Virus record (IMG/VR): IMGVR_UViG_3300043446_003158 | Span: 64,001-128,000 of that record | From: a virus | Direction: 5' to 3' (one strand) | Length of the DNA stretch: 64,000 nucleotides | Shown here: positions 26,614-36,144 of the stretch, one piece after another | How the letters are laid out: each line of letters begins with the position of its first letter | Numbering within the stretch: the first letter of the stretch is position 1 | Translations under genes and position numbers: made by a program | The notes under the pieces: model-generated | Databases searched by the model: none | The model's input: only the letters and a program-made list of their open reading frames with translations | What the model was told of the DNA's origin: nothing

Positions 26614-27237
26614 TCAAACTTCTACCGTGATCAGTCGGTTGGCATAATCATGTGCATAAGATGTACGGGCACCATGATGCCCCCAACCAATCCAACTATA
26701 CGCATAGTCCATGTAACGATTGATAGATTTACCAGGAATTTTCATCCTATCTTCAATCTCTTTCCATTGGACTTCATTTGTTAGATAACGAAGTTGCGTG
26801 TGAAGCGATGATGGTGAGCCACCAAACTTCTTAGCAAAATCACCCAATCCATAATAACGGTTGGCAGATGTCCATTGAATCAGACCATAACCACCCCAGC
26901 AGGAATGATATGCTCTGATACTACCACCTTCGCAAATATTAGGCACGAACGTAGATTCTTGCCTAATATTGCCCATGATAGTAGCAAGGGCGTTTCTGTC
27001 TTTAATTCCAATGTCCTGAAAATAACTCAGGGCAACATTTTCATTTTCATTACACCCTTTACAAATTAACCTTTTTTCTTTTGGCTTCGGTGGAGCAACC
27101 TCTAGGATCGCTGTCTTCTCTGGTTCAAACTCCTTGATAATAGAATATGAAGGAGCACTAGCAGATGATGGCAGTGTTGCCGAAATGGTTGTAACCGTTG
27201 CCAGAAGGGGCAAGGCTACTGTAAGGAATTGTTGCAT
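26614..27237 (-). CDS. Exported phage-tail-lysozyme-like (Phage_lysozyme2) muramidase
   Basis: Signal-like N-terminus, IMGNIRQES, GYGLIQWT, QLRYL. Confidence 0.75.
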   Translation of the reverse strand: MQQFLTVALPLLATVTTISATLPSSASAPSYSIIKEFEPEKTAILEVAPPKPKEKRLICKGCNENENVALSYFQDIGIKDRNALATIMGNIRQESTFVPNICEGGSIRAYHSCWGGYGLIQWTSANRYYGLGDFAKKFGGSPSSLHTQLRYLTNEVQWKEIEDRMKIPGKSINRYMDYAYSWIGWGHHGARTSYAHDYANRLITVEV

Positions 27238-27247
27238 TAAAATTAAT

Positions 27248-27360
27248 TGAACTCTACATCCGTATAGGCAAAGGAGTAGTTCCCCTTCTCAGGGGCAGTG
27301 CCCACGGCTCTAATTGTCACATCAAAATCTCATGATGTTTACCCTACTCATAATAGGGAT
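27248..27360 (-). ncRNA. Structured cis-regulatory RNA candidate upstream of the muramidase gene
   Basis: Nested stems GAGC/GTTC, CCGT/ACGG, GGGCA/TGCCT and CCCCT-GAGA-AGGGG; two further hairpins upstream. Confidence 0.55.
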
Positions 27361-27390
27361 TTTACATAATAAGTGATTATTTATCGTTTG

Positions 27391-28119
27391 TCAACCCGAT
27401 GTGGATTTTATTTGAAAATCCCCAATACATCCTTTCTGTAATGGAAGTCTTAGATCATGGTCATTAAATTCTAAACTATGAACAAAAAAAACTTGAGTTA
27501 ATCTTTCTTTTGTCCCAAAACTTGGAACACCATGCTCTTCATATCCATCAAATAATATACATCTATTAAAAATATTCTCAATCCTAACAGATTCTAGATA
27601 TCTTTCTCTATGTGTATTCCAAGTATTAATTTCTTTTTCACTTAAATCTAAATTATTGTTATGATATTTAAATTTTAATTCATTAACATATCCATTAAGA
27701 TAATCATCAGTTTGCAGTTTATTTTTGATAGAATATATTGAAGTTCCAGTTCCTTCTTCTGAATTTGGATCCAAGTAAATAACTCCACCAAATACTGTTG
27801 AATCACTATGAATATATCCACGATTATGTGGATGATTTTTATCTTTATTAAAAGGTTTAATGTGTTGGAAATGAGTATCTATAGAAATACTTTTTATATC
27901 ATGTTCACTATAAAATAATGACAAAATTTTTTTAATCATAAATTTTGTCATTATTAATCCTTGCTCATCAATTTTATTAATGTGGTTTGTTCTTGCTCCA
28001 GGCCACCTACCAGTTTTATTAGGATAAAAATTTTGAGATAAAGCGTAATTTCTTACTTCATATGGATCTGGATAAAAATTATCAATAATAGTTACGGGAA
28101 AAGATTTATTATAAAACAT
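27391..28119 (-). CDS. 2OG-oxygenase-like protein (DUF6445-like)
   Basis: IIDNFYPDP, WPGART, YIHSD, GGVIYL, GTGTSIY, RLTQVFF. Confidence 0.65.
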   Translation of the reverse strand: MFYNKSFPVTIIDNFYPDPYEVRNYALSQNFYPNKTGRWPGARTNHINKIDEQGLIMTKFMIKKILSLFYSEHDIKSISIDTHFQHIKPFNKDKNHPHNRGYIHSDSTVFGGVIYLDPNSEEGTGTSIYSIKNKLQTDDYLNGYVNELKFKYHNNNLDLSEKEINTWNTHRERYLESVRIENIFNRCILFDGYEEHGVPSFGTKERLTQVFFVHSLEFNDHDLRLPLQKGCIGDFQIKSTSG

Positions 28120-28128
28120 AAATTTATT

Positions 28129-28305
28129 TTATTCTCCGATATATTCTAAAGAGTATATATCATGATCCTCAATATCAGGATTCAACCATTCACTAAACTC
28201 TAATTGAATAGCACGAGCATTTTCAAGATCTTGTTCAGATAGTGTATGAATCCTATCAACTGCCCAATCATGAGTTTGGCGAAGTGTTTGCTCCAAAGTT
28301 ACCAT
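28129..28305 (-). CDS. Small acidic hypothetical protein (not in ORF track)
   Basis: MVTLEQTLRQTHDWAVDRIHTLSEQDLENARAIQLEFSEWLNPDIEDHDIYSLEYIGE. Confidence 0.6.
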   Translation of the reverse strand: MVTLEQTLRQTHDWAVDRIHTLSEQDLENARAIQLEFSEWLNPDIEDHDIYSLEYIGE

Positions 28306-28717
28306 AATCTTTTCGCATATAGCGTCCTAGAATATTACTATTGTAGTATGCTGGTGTTCCGTCGTCAAGTGCTTCTTTTAATACATTATTCAAAAAAAGT
28401 TGTTTTGTTTCTTCGTAGTTACAATCTCCTTTTGTTTTATGAAGAGACAATATCTCTCTATTGAAAATATCTTTATTACATTTCTTATAATCTTCCTTTA
28501 ACTCTGGACAAGAACCATAATACTTTTTCCAATCAGATTCTTGCTTTACTCTTCTTTTTTTACCTGGAGGAGTTCTATAAGACCAAAAATATTTTCTACC
28601 AATATACTTTCTTCCTGTAACTATATTAGTAATCAAATAAACAAATCCAAAGTATTCGTTAATATCATTAGAGTCGAATACTTCACCATTATATTTCCAA
28701 GGGTTCTCATAGCTCAT
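28268..28717 (-). CDS. Seg-like GIY-YIG endonuclease
   Basis: GFVYLITN...KYIGRK, YYGS, E in NYEE, YNSNI. Confidence 0.82.
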   Translation of the reverse strand: MSYENPWKYNGEVFDSNDINEYFGFVYLITNIVTGRKYIGRKYFWSYRTPPGKKRRVKQESDWKKYYGSCPELKEDYKKCNKDIFNREILSLHKTKGDCNYEETKQLFLNNVLKEALDDGTPAYYNSNILGRYMRKDYGNFGANTSPNS

Positions 28718-28822
28718 ATAGTAATCTTTAAGAGCTATTATTTATCTTTCAACCCTAGCAAAGCGATTCTAGCAATAAAAAAGGGGGTTTGTCAACCCCC
28801 TTGCATCAAATTAAAATCAAAT

Positions 28823-29836
28823 TCAATCGTTGTCAGCTCTATCAATAATTCTATTAGTTTTATTGTAAACTACATGAGCAATTTTTTCTCTTCTTCTTCT
28901 GTTTCTGTTCGCCGTTTCATGATCTCCTTCACGTTCAGCTTTCCACTGAGCAGATTTTGCTTTTGAGTGAGCACCAATTGCTTTCAATTCTGGGGAAGTT
29001 TTTCTCTGTCTACCAGTTCTAGGATTTTTTTCAGTCATTGCTTGATCGAATCCACCAGCATGTCTGCCAGTTGAAAATGAAACTCCCTTTGTTCCTTTAG
29101 CAAGTTTTTCAGTTAGAGTTTCTTCAACAATTTCATTTCTCCACTCTTCACTCATATTTGTCATAATGACGAGTGCTGCTTCATTAGTATCTGCATACCC
29201 TTCAGCAACCAAGTACTCAAGAATGTAATCAAAAAGATCTGCCTCTTCTCCAAGTCTTTCAGCAGCTCTACCAGCAGCAGCACCTGCCTTACGTGCCTTT
29301 TGAGCAACTGCACCAGCAGCGCCTGCTGCCTTGCGTAAACCCTTTCCGAGCAAGCTCTTAACGCCTTTCTTTACTTCTGCCTTCTTGGCGCTTGCAGCAG
29401 CATGAACGGCAGATGCTGCCTTTTGAACGCCGTGAGCGGCAGCACGTCCTGCTCTTCTTGCCTCGTCCTTGGCAATAGAACCAGCGATACCAGCAGCTGC
29501 CTTAACACTCTTTGCCTTTGCCTTAACACGCTCTACAGCGCCTTTTACGGCAGCTTTACGTGCCTCTCCACGCTTTGTGGAGGTAGTTGATTTTTGATAT
29601 GCTCTTGCTTCTTTTGAACCTGCTGGAGCATATGGATTGAGTTCCATCAGATATTCAGTTGCTGCTTCTTCTACAGCCTCTGCTGCTTCATCAAGTTCGT
29701 AACCAAATTCTACAAATTCTTCAATAAGTTCTTCTACAACTTCTTCAATCATTACATCGGTAATATCGTCAACTTCTCCAAGATATACCTGTCTGTAAGT
29801 TTCGGTAAGTTCTCTATGCTGTGATGGTAATAACAT
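28823..29836 (-). CDS. Late, probably virion-internal protein (acidic module plus Ala/Lys-rich helix)
   Basis: TATAAATA late promoter at 29862-29869; paralogous modules shared with 54751-55707. Confidence 0.7.
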   Translation of the reverse strand: MLLPSQHRELTETYRQVYLGEVDDITDVMIEEVVEELIEEFVEFGYELDEAAEAVEEAATEYLMELNPYAPAGSKEARAYQKSTTSTKRGEARKAAVKGAVERVKAKAKSVKAAAGIAGSIAKDEARRAGRAAAHGVQKAASAVHAAASAKKAEVKKGVKSLLGKGLRKAAGAAGAVAQKARKAGAAAGRAAERLGEEADLFDYILEYLVAEGYADTNEAALVIMTNMSEEWRNEIVEETLTEKLAKGTKGVSFSTGRHAGGFDQAMTEKNPRTGRQRKTSPELKAIGAHSKAKSAQWKAEREGDHETANRNRRRREKIAHVVYNKTNRIIDRADND

Positions 29837-29861
29837 TGTCTCTACAAAATACCTTTCTAGT

Positions 29862-29893
29862 TATTTATAAAAAAAGAGGGTCCTAGGACCCTC
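29862..29893 (-). terminator. Terminator whose U-tract runs into late promoter TATAAATA
   Basis: Minus strand GAGGGTCC-TA-GGACCCTC-TTTTTT-TATAAATA. Confidence 0.75.
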
Positions 29894-30053
29894 ATGTTAC
29901 ATCATCATTTTTTTTACCTAACCACTCTTTTTCATAATCATAATCACCAAACAAGAAATCATCGCATTCTGCTGCTTCTCTATAAGCATTTAAAATTTCT
30001 TGTTCCACCCATTCATCATAGTTGGAATCCTGAGAAAGTATCTTTGGTAACAT
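29892..30053 (-). CDS. Small acidic hypothetical protein overlapping the nrdB 3' end
   Basis: MLPKILSQDSNYDEWVEQEILNAYREAAECDDFLFGDYDYEKEWLGKKNDDVT. Confidence 0.55.
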   Translation of the reverse strand: MLPKILSQDSNYDEWVEQEILNAYREAAECDDFLFGDYDYEKEWLGKKNDDVT

Positions 30054-31200
30054 CTTGCTTAATCCCACCTACTATGTAGGACTCAACTTCGGTTTCTTGT
30101 GGAGCAACTTGAAGTCCTTTTGAAGAAATCCAATGTTCAGTCCAGGGAAGAGGATTGTTCTTTGCAGAAATATCATAAAGAGGTTTCAGTCCAATCGCTT
30201 TCATTCTACGATTAGCAATCCATTCAACATACTGCTGCAACAGTTTGTCATTTAGACCAATCATAGAACCATCCTTGAACAGATACTCTGCCCAAAGTTT
30301 TTCTTGGTTTACAGCAGTTTCAAATGTTTTATAAACCCACTGCTCTTCTTCCCTAGCAATACGTGCCATCTCGGGGTCATCACCTTCTTTCCATTTATTC
30401 ATAATGTTCTGGGTAATGACTAAGTGCTGATTCTCATCACGGGCAATTAGTGAGATGATTTTTGCACTTCCTTCCATAAGTTTGAGTTCGCCAAAAGCAA
30501 AACTGCAAGCAAATGACACGTAAAAGCGAATACCTTCAAGAATATTAACGTTTGCAACTGCTCTGAAAAGTTTGCGCTTGAGTTCATACCTTGCCTCTTG
30601 TGCGTATGGGACTTGTTCTAACGCATGAATCCATTCATTAGAATTATCATAATGATGAGCACTATTGATGAAGTCGTTATATGCTTGAGTTACACTCACA
30701 GCACGTTCCATAATACGATCCTCTTTTAGAATCGTATCAAAGACTTCAGAGGGATCTGAATAGACGTTTTTGATGATATAGGTATAGGAGCGAGAATGAA
30801 TCATCTCCATAAATTCCCATACCTTCATACACGCTTCCAGTTCAGGAAGAGAGCAGTAAGGCGCGAACGCCATACCAGGACCTCTTCCTTGAACGGAGTC
30901 AAGCATAACCTGATACTTCAGGTTACTGGTGAAGATGTGTTTTTGCTCTGGGCGTAGCATATGATAATCGCTACGGTCTTTTTGAAGAGAAACTTCTTCG
31001 GGTCTCCAGAAATAACCCAGTTGCTGTGTTGTTAATTTATCAAAAATTGGATACTTGTAAGAATCATATCTTTGTATTCCTAATGGTTGTCCAAAAAACA
31101 TTGGTTGCTTTTTGGTATCTACTTCACTGGAATTAAAAACGGTCATGGATTCAACCATTTTTTTATCCTCTAAACCTGTTTTAAATCTTACAAGACTCAC
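30016..31200 (-). CDS. nrdB: Ribonucleotide reductase class Ia beta subunit
   Basis: FWRPEEV, EMIHSRSY, LEGIRFYVSF, ARDENQH; true start probably downstream of the track start. Confidence 0.95.
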   Translation of the reverse strand: MSLVRFKTGLEDKKMVESMTVFNSSEVDTKKQPMFFGQPLGIQRYDSYKYPIFDKLTTQQLGYFWRPEEVSLQKDRSDYHMLRPEQKHIFTSNLKYQVMLDSVQGRGPGMAFAPYCSLPELEACMKVWEFMEMIHSRSYTYIIKNVYSDPSEVFDTILKEDRIMERAVSVTQAYNDFINSAHHYDNSNEWIHALEQVPYAQEARYELKRKLFRAVANVNILEGIRFYVSFACSFAFGELKLMEGSAKIISLIARDENQHLVITQNIMNKWKEGDDPEMARIAREEEQWVYKTFETAVNQEKLWAEYLFKDGSMIGLNDKLLQQYVEWIANRRMKAIGLKPLYDISAKNNPLPWTEHWISSKGLQVAPQETEVESYIVGGIKQDVTKDTFSGFQL

Positions 31201-33490
31201 AATCTTCCTCCTCTGCTTGTTCTAGTTGAGAAATTAAATCTTCAAGAGACTGACGGGTTTCTTCAACCTCATCATTCTTCATGTCGTGTGTATTCTGATA
31301 ATAGCTGGTTTTCCAGCCGTACTTATATGTAGTCAATAGGTCCTGTGCCATTATTGAAGTAGGAACTTCATTATCTGGATAATTTTCTGGATTATAGGAC
31401 CAGTTTCCAGAAATCGCTTGATCGAAGAACTTTTGCATAACTGCAACAATATTAATATACCCACGATTGCTAGGCATATCCCACAGAAGCGTGTAATTGT
31501 TCTTAAGTGTTTGATACTGGGGAACAACTTGCTTAAGCGGTCCTTTCTTTGATTTTTTAATGGACAAGTACCCTCTAGGCGGTTCAATTCCGTTTGTGGC
31601 ATTTGACACAACGGAACTGCTCTCCGAAGGCATTTGTGCGGACAACGTGCTGTTCCGTACTCCATATTGCTTGACACGCTCACGAAGTGCTTCCCAATCA
31701 TACTTGAGTGTATTAGGTACAATTTCGTCTACATCTTTCTTGTAAGTATCTATAGGAAGAATACCATGTCCATATTTGGTTCTATGCGAATATTCACATG
31801 CACCTTTTTCTTGAGCAAGATCAACCGTTGCTTGAATTAGATAATATTGAAATGCTTCAGTAAGATCATGAACCAATTTCCAAGCACCAGAATCATCATA
31901 ATTTTGCCCATGTTTGGCAAGGTAGTGTGCTAAACCAATAAATCCTACTCCAAGCGAACGACGTGCTCTGGTGGCAATTTCTGCTGCTTTGACGGGGTAT
32001 CCCTGAAAATCAATGAGTTCATCAAGACTCCTAACAGCAAGATCACAAAGAACTTGAAGATCTTCGTTATCCCTAATTTTTCCAACGTTAATAGCAGAAA
32101 GAATGCAGAGAGCAATTTCACCATCAGGATCGTCAATATGTTGAATAGGTTTAGTTGGTAGAGTAATTTCTTGACACAGATTACTCATCTCTACTTTATC
32201 CATAAAAGATGAGTGCGAATTACAATGATCAATATTCATAATGTAAATACGACCAGTTTCTGCACGTTCTTTCAGGAGGTCCAAAAAGAGTTCTTGAGCA
32301 CCGATAGTTTTTCTTGGAATAGACTCATCTCGTTCATAAGATACATACAACTCGTCAAATCGATCAGTGCCAAAAGCATCATACAAACCAGGAACGGAGT
32401 GGGGAGAGAAGAGTGAAATCTCCTCGTTGCGGATGAAGCGTTCATAGAAGAGTTTAGAGATTTGGATAGAATAGTCTAACTTACGAACACGATTATCTTC
32501 GGTTCCTTTGTTATTTTTTAATACTAGGATATCTTCTATTTCTTGGTGCCAGATGGGGAAGTGGACAGTTGCGCTTCCACCTCTAATGCCATTTTGTGTG
32601 CAGCATCGGACAGTCGCCTCAAACTTCTTGAGGAAAGGGACAACACCTGTATGTTGAACTTCTCCACCTCTGATTTTACTGTTGATGCCCCTGATTCGAC
32701 CTGCGTTGATACCAATTCCTGCTCTTTGTGCAACATAGCGACCAATTGCCATATCAGAGCTGAAGATGCTATCAAGGGTGTCATCAACATCAACAAGAAC
32801 GCAACTCGCATATTGACGAAGTGGGGTTCTAACACCTGCCATGATTGGCGTAGGAATGTTGATTTTGTGCTTTGAGATTGCATCGTAGTACTTCCTCACG
32901 TAATCTAAACGTGTTTCTTTTGGATACTTGGAGAAGATAGTTGCCGCAATCAGAAGGTACATAAACTGTGGCGTTTCGTAAAGTTCACCAGTGCTTCTAT
33001 CTTGCACGAGGTACTTATCAACGACTTGACGTAGACCTGCGTAAGTGAACAAATAGTCACGACTATGATCAACAAACGACTCAAGTTTATCAAACTCTTC
33101 ATCGGTATAAAGTGTGAGAATTTCGGAGTCATAAACACCTCTACCAACGGCACGAAGTACGTGTTGTTTAACTGTAGGGCAATCATGCATACGCCCAAAC
33201 AACTGCTTACGAAGAGCAAACAAAAGCAAACGAGCAGCAACAAACTGATAGTTTGGATGATCAAGATCAATCAAATCTGAAGCAGAACGAATCAAAATCT
33301 CTTGAATTTCTGCTGTAGTAATACCATCATAAAATTGAATACCCGATTGCATTTCTACTTGAGATGCTGATACACCTGCTAGGTCTTTGCAAGCTTCTTC
33401 AACCATAACATGCAATTTATTCAAATCAAGAGATTCGGTTTTGCCATTTCTCTTAAAAACTTTTGTTCCGTTACTCATACCTTCTTCCAA
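31181..33490 (-). CDS. nrdA: Ribonucleotide reductase class Ia alpha subunit with ATP cone
   Basis: PTPIMAG, QYASCVL, SNLCQEI, ALCILSA, KTSYYQ; no intron or intein-sized insertion. Confidence 0.96.
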   Translation of the reverse strand: MEEGMSNGTKVFKRNGKTESLDLNKLHVMVEEACKDLAGVSASQVEMQSGIQFYDGITTAEIQEILIRSASDLIDLDHPNYQFVAARLLLFALRKQLFGRMHDCPTVKQHVLRAVGRGVYDSEILTLYTDEEFDKLESFVDHSRDYLFTYAGLRQVVDKYLVQDRSTGELYETPQFMYLLIAATIFSKYPKETRLDYVRKYYDAISKHKINIPTPIMAGVRTPLRQYASCVLVDVDDTLDSIFSSDMAIGRYVAQRAGIGINAGRIRGINSKIRGGEVQHTGVVPFLKKFEATVRCCTQNGIRGGSATVHFPIWHQEIEDILVLKNNKGTEDNRVRKLDYSIQISKLFYERFIRNEEISLFSPHSVPGLYDAFGTDRFDELYVSYERDESIPRKTIGAQELFLDLLKERAETGRIYIMNIDHCNSHSSFMDKVEMSNLCQEITLPTKPIQHIDDPDGEIALCILSAINVGKIRDNEDLQVLCDLAVRSLDELIDFQGYPVKAAEIATRARRSLGVGFIGLAHYLAKHGQNYDDSGAWKLVHDLTEAFQYYLIQATVDLAQEKGACEYSHRTKYGHGILPIDTYKKDVDEIVPNTLKYDWEALRERVKQYGVRNSTLSAQMPSESSSVVSNATNGIEPPRGYLSIKKSKKGPLKQVVPQYQTLKNNYTLLWDMPSNRGYINIVAVMQKFFDQAISGNWSYNPENYPDNEVPTSIMAQDLLTTYKYGWKTSYYQNTHDMKNDEVEETRQSLEDLISQLEQAEEEDCESCKI

Positions 33491-34473
33491 TTGTTAAACT
33501 TAATTTTTGCTTCTAAACCTGTGTATGTATTTGATTTTAACATATCCATAACATTAAGTCCAGCAAGAACCATATCATTAATGTCTTTTTGCTGAATGTT
33601 ATTTGGCCAAATAATTACCTTATGGTTTTGTCGTATGGTTTTAGCAATACGCTCGACGATTTGTTTGTTGCGTGGTTCGTTATCATAAACCCAAACAGGA
33701 TCGTAAAAATTCCAGTTACTAATATCAACATCAGCTCCGCACATAGCAATTGAGTTGCAAATGAACGTGGAGTCGAATGGTCCTTCTGTAATGTAGACTG
33801 TTTCATTTTTCTTTACTGTGTTCAATCCGTAAATTTTTGGTACATCATCATAAAGCATTACGGTGATGTATTTATTTGCCGAAGGACCAAGTGCTCTTCC
33901 TTGAAATCCTATTAAATTATTTTCCTCATCATACATCGGTATAATAATGCGACTTTCATCTTTATGAATAGTATCAAATGTTAATTTTTGAGTATTTGTC
34001 CATTCTTTAAATTTGTGAGCAAAGTAAAACTTTTCAGGATTTAATTTTCTCTTTTCCAAATATTCTTTGGCAACTGGAACTTCTGATGCTTTGGGCAAGT
34101 CTAACTTTTTCAGGTTTTTGGAATTTTCACGTTTTGTGAAAAAGTCTGGTTTTTGAAAATTAAACTTGGGTTCTTCAACTACAAAGTTTCTGCCCGTATG
34201 TCCTTCTTTAAATTTTTCTAACGTATATTGTTTATGCAGTTCAGAATCTAACTCTTTTAAAAAATTATTAAAAGATAAACTTGCTCCACAATTATGACAC
34301 TTAAAGTTTGTGTTGTTCTTTACAGGGTAAATATATCCCCTGGTTTTGTTTTTGTTCTTTTGAGAGTCACCACAAAGAGGGCATCGGAAGTTGTAGAGAT
34401 CTGCCTTAACTCTTTTGAATTTTTGTAAACGCGACGAAACAAGACCAATGTACTTGGAATCAATAAAATCCAT
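33475..34473 (-). CDS. gp61: DNA primase (T4 gp61-like)
   Basis: CPLCGDS...CHNC zinc finger, ITEGPFDS TOPRIM motif, YDNEPRN. Confidence 0.93.
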   Translation of the reverse strand: MDFIDSKYIGLVSSRLQKFKRVKADLYNFRCPLCGDSQKNKNKTRGYIYPVKNNTNFKCHNCGASLSFNNFLKELDSELHKQYTLEKFKEGHTGRNFVVEEPKFNFQKPDFFTKRENSKNLKKLDLPKASEVPVAKEYLEKRKLNPEKFYFAHKFKEWTNTQKLTFDTIHKDESRIIIPMYDEENNLIGFQGRALGPSANKYITVMLYDDVPKIYGLNTVKKNETVYITEGPFDSTFICNSIAMCGADVDISNWNFYDPVWVYDNEPRNKQIVERIAKTIRQNHKVIIWPNNIQQKDINDMVLAGLNVMDMLKSNTYTGLEAKIKFNNWKKV

Positions 34474-34483
34474 TATCAGAAAA

Positions 34484-34840
34484 TCACTTCGTGCGCTCTA
34501 TTGTAGCAGAGCTTGGAACGTTGGTCAACATCCTGGGAACAAATGCATTTATAATTCCAATCAGAGCAACAATTACTGCAATTACTCCTCCAGCTTGCCA
34601 TCTAAATTTATATAAACCATCTACTTTACCTTCTATATCTTCTACTTTCTTACAAAGATCTCCATCATCTTTACCACATTGATCTATTCTTTCATCATGT
34701 ACAGCAAGCATTTTACAAATATTTTGATTAGTTTCACTTAAGGTTTGAATTGCAGTATCAACCTTTTCAATAATCTGTTCATGAGCTTTAAATCTTTCTT
34801 GCAACACCGCTAGTTGTATTTTAGATTCGTTGCTGAACAT
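34484..34840 (-). CDS. Coiled-coil protein with C-terminal TM helix
   Basis: 118-aa ORF. Confidence 0.65.
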   Translation of the reverse strand: MFSNESKIQLAVLQERFKAHEQIIEKVDTAIQTLSETNQNICKMLAVHDERIDQCGKDDGDLCKKVEDIEGKVDGLYKFRWQAGGVIAVIVALIGIINAFVPRMLTNVPSSATIERTK

Positions 34841-34841
34841 T

Positions 34842-35075
34842 TTATTTCCCCTTTAAGAAATCTAACCAGGGTTTTCTAGACCTATATCCACCTGTAGCAT
34901 AATTTCCTCTACGTTGAGTTTTTCCAAGTTTTGGAGTGATACCTGCATTTGGTCCTTGTGCTGGTGATTTTTCACTATATCCAGCAATAGGGCCAGAACT
35001 TCCAGTTGTCATTCCACCAACAACTGCATCTTCTTTTAATTCTCTAATTATTTTTATAATTCTTTCTATGTCCAT
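34842..35075 (-). CDS. Hypothetical protein
   Basis: 77-aa ORF, stop/start coupled. Confidence 0.6.
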   Translation of the reverse strand: MDIERIIKIIRELKEDAVVGGMTTGSSGPIAGYSEKSPAQGPNAGITPKLGKTQRRGNYATGGYRSRKPWLDFLKGK

Positions 35076-35446
35076 TAGATGTAATTTAAAACAGAACTAC
35101 AATATTCATCTTCATCTACTTCATTAAGTCTAGTTTTAGGATATTCTGGAATTCTATTTAAAAATATCAAAAAACTTTTTAAAGAAGGCCAAAGATCTTT
35201 TTCTAAATTATAAAACAAAAGAGGAACAGCAGCATCATCAAAAACATTAAAAAGAACTGTTAGGTGATTTAGTAAAAGATGAGATTTTAGAATCCCATCT
35301 TTTTTATATTTTCTCAACAACTTTTTGATATAGCGAATTCTTTTCAAATCTTCATCAAAATCTTCCTTGGTCACCGCTTGGGGATTGTTATAAAATTTTA
35401 TAGCAAAGAGTAAATAATTACTCTCATTCAACTCATCAAATCTCAT
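35075..35446 (-). CDS. Conserved T4-like phage hypothetical protein
   Basis: FAIKFYNNP...EDLKRIRYIKKLL...LLLNHL. Confidence 0.75.
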   Translation of the reverse strand: MRFDELNESNYLLFAIKFYNNPQAVTKEDFDEDLKRIRYIKKLLRKYKKDGILKSHLLLNHLTVLFNVFDDAAVPLLFYNLEKDLWPSLKSFLIFLNRIPEYPKTRLNEVDEDEYCSSVLNYI

Positions 35447-35452
35447 ATATTA

Positions 35453-36052
35453 TCAAGTATCTGGGAATCTAGCGTCGTCTACATTATCATTTTGAATTCC
35501 ACCATTTCCAGCAGAATCTTTGCCCATAGCAACTAGAGTTTCAGACTTAACTCTCAAATTACCATGACAATCAACATAAGTTGTTACACCAACCCAACCA
35601 GCATGTCCAACACCAAAAGCACCTGCTTTACCACCAAAAGTTGTGGTTCTAGCAACATCTGCTTCTGCAGTATCAACACCAAAAACAGTTCTTGTTAAAG
35701 GATTTGCAGAGAAACCAGATGTTCTTACTTCTGGTGCCTGGTATGTAACGTTTTCCAGTGAAGAAATTGGTCTTTGTGTAATATAATAAGATGCTGCAGT
35801 AATAATTCCAGTTGTTGGATGTGGAATTAGATATTGAGTAGTAGCAACAGATGCAACTGTATTACTAGTAACCGATGATATTACTGCATGACCATAAGTG
35901 GCACCAGCGCCAACAACAATAACATCACCCTCATTAACTTCAAATCCAGAGGTTGAAAAAGTAGTTCCAGTTCCAGTAACAACTTCTGAAGAAAGGTTTA
36001 TCCAAACAGTTCCACCATTTCCGACTAGATCTTTATTGCCCCAAAGAGCCAT
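35453..36052 (-). CDS. Probable virion structural protein
   Basis: MALWGNKD start, HAGWVG C-terminal motif; late promoter TATAAATA at 36083-36090. Confidence 0.65.
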   Translation of the reverse strand: MALWGNKDLVGNGGTVWINLSSEVVTGTGTTFSTSGFEVNEGDVIVVGAGATYGHAVISSVTSNTVASVATTQYLIPHPTTGIITAASYYITQRPISSLENVTYQAPEVRTSGFSANPLTRTVFGVDTAEADVARTTTFGGKAGAFGVGHAGWVGVTTYVDCHGNLRVKSETLVAMGKDSAGNGGIQNDNVDDARFPDT

Positions 36053-36082
36053 GTGCCTTACCTATAATTCTTTTTCTATTGA

Positions 36083-36117
36083 TATTTATAAAAAAAGGAG
36101 ACCTTTGTCTGGTCTCC
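36083..36117 (-). terminator. Terminator fused to late promoter
   Basis: Minus strand GGAGACC-AGACAAA-GGTCTCC-TTTTTT-TATAAATA. Confidence 0.72.
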
Positions 36118-36144
36118 CATGTTTTTGGTTTTCTAATGAGATTT

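Noticed and set aside
28268-28717. GIY-YIG gene as an actively mobile element
   Set aside because: No intron context or flanking repeats; kept only as a free-standing Seg-like endonuclease
30016-33490. Introns or inteins in nrdA/nrdB (and in gp43, gp41)
   Set aside because: ORFs are continuous and of ordinary length, with no insertion-sized extra segments
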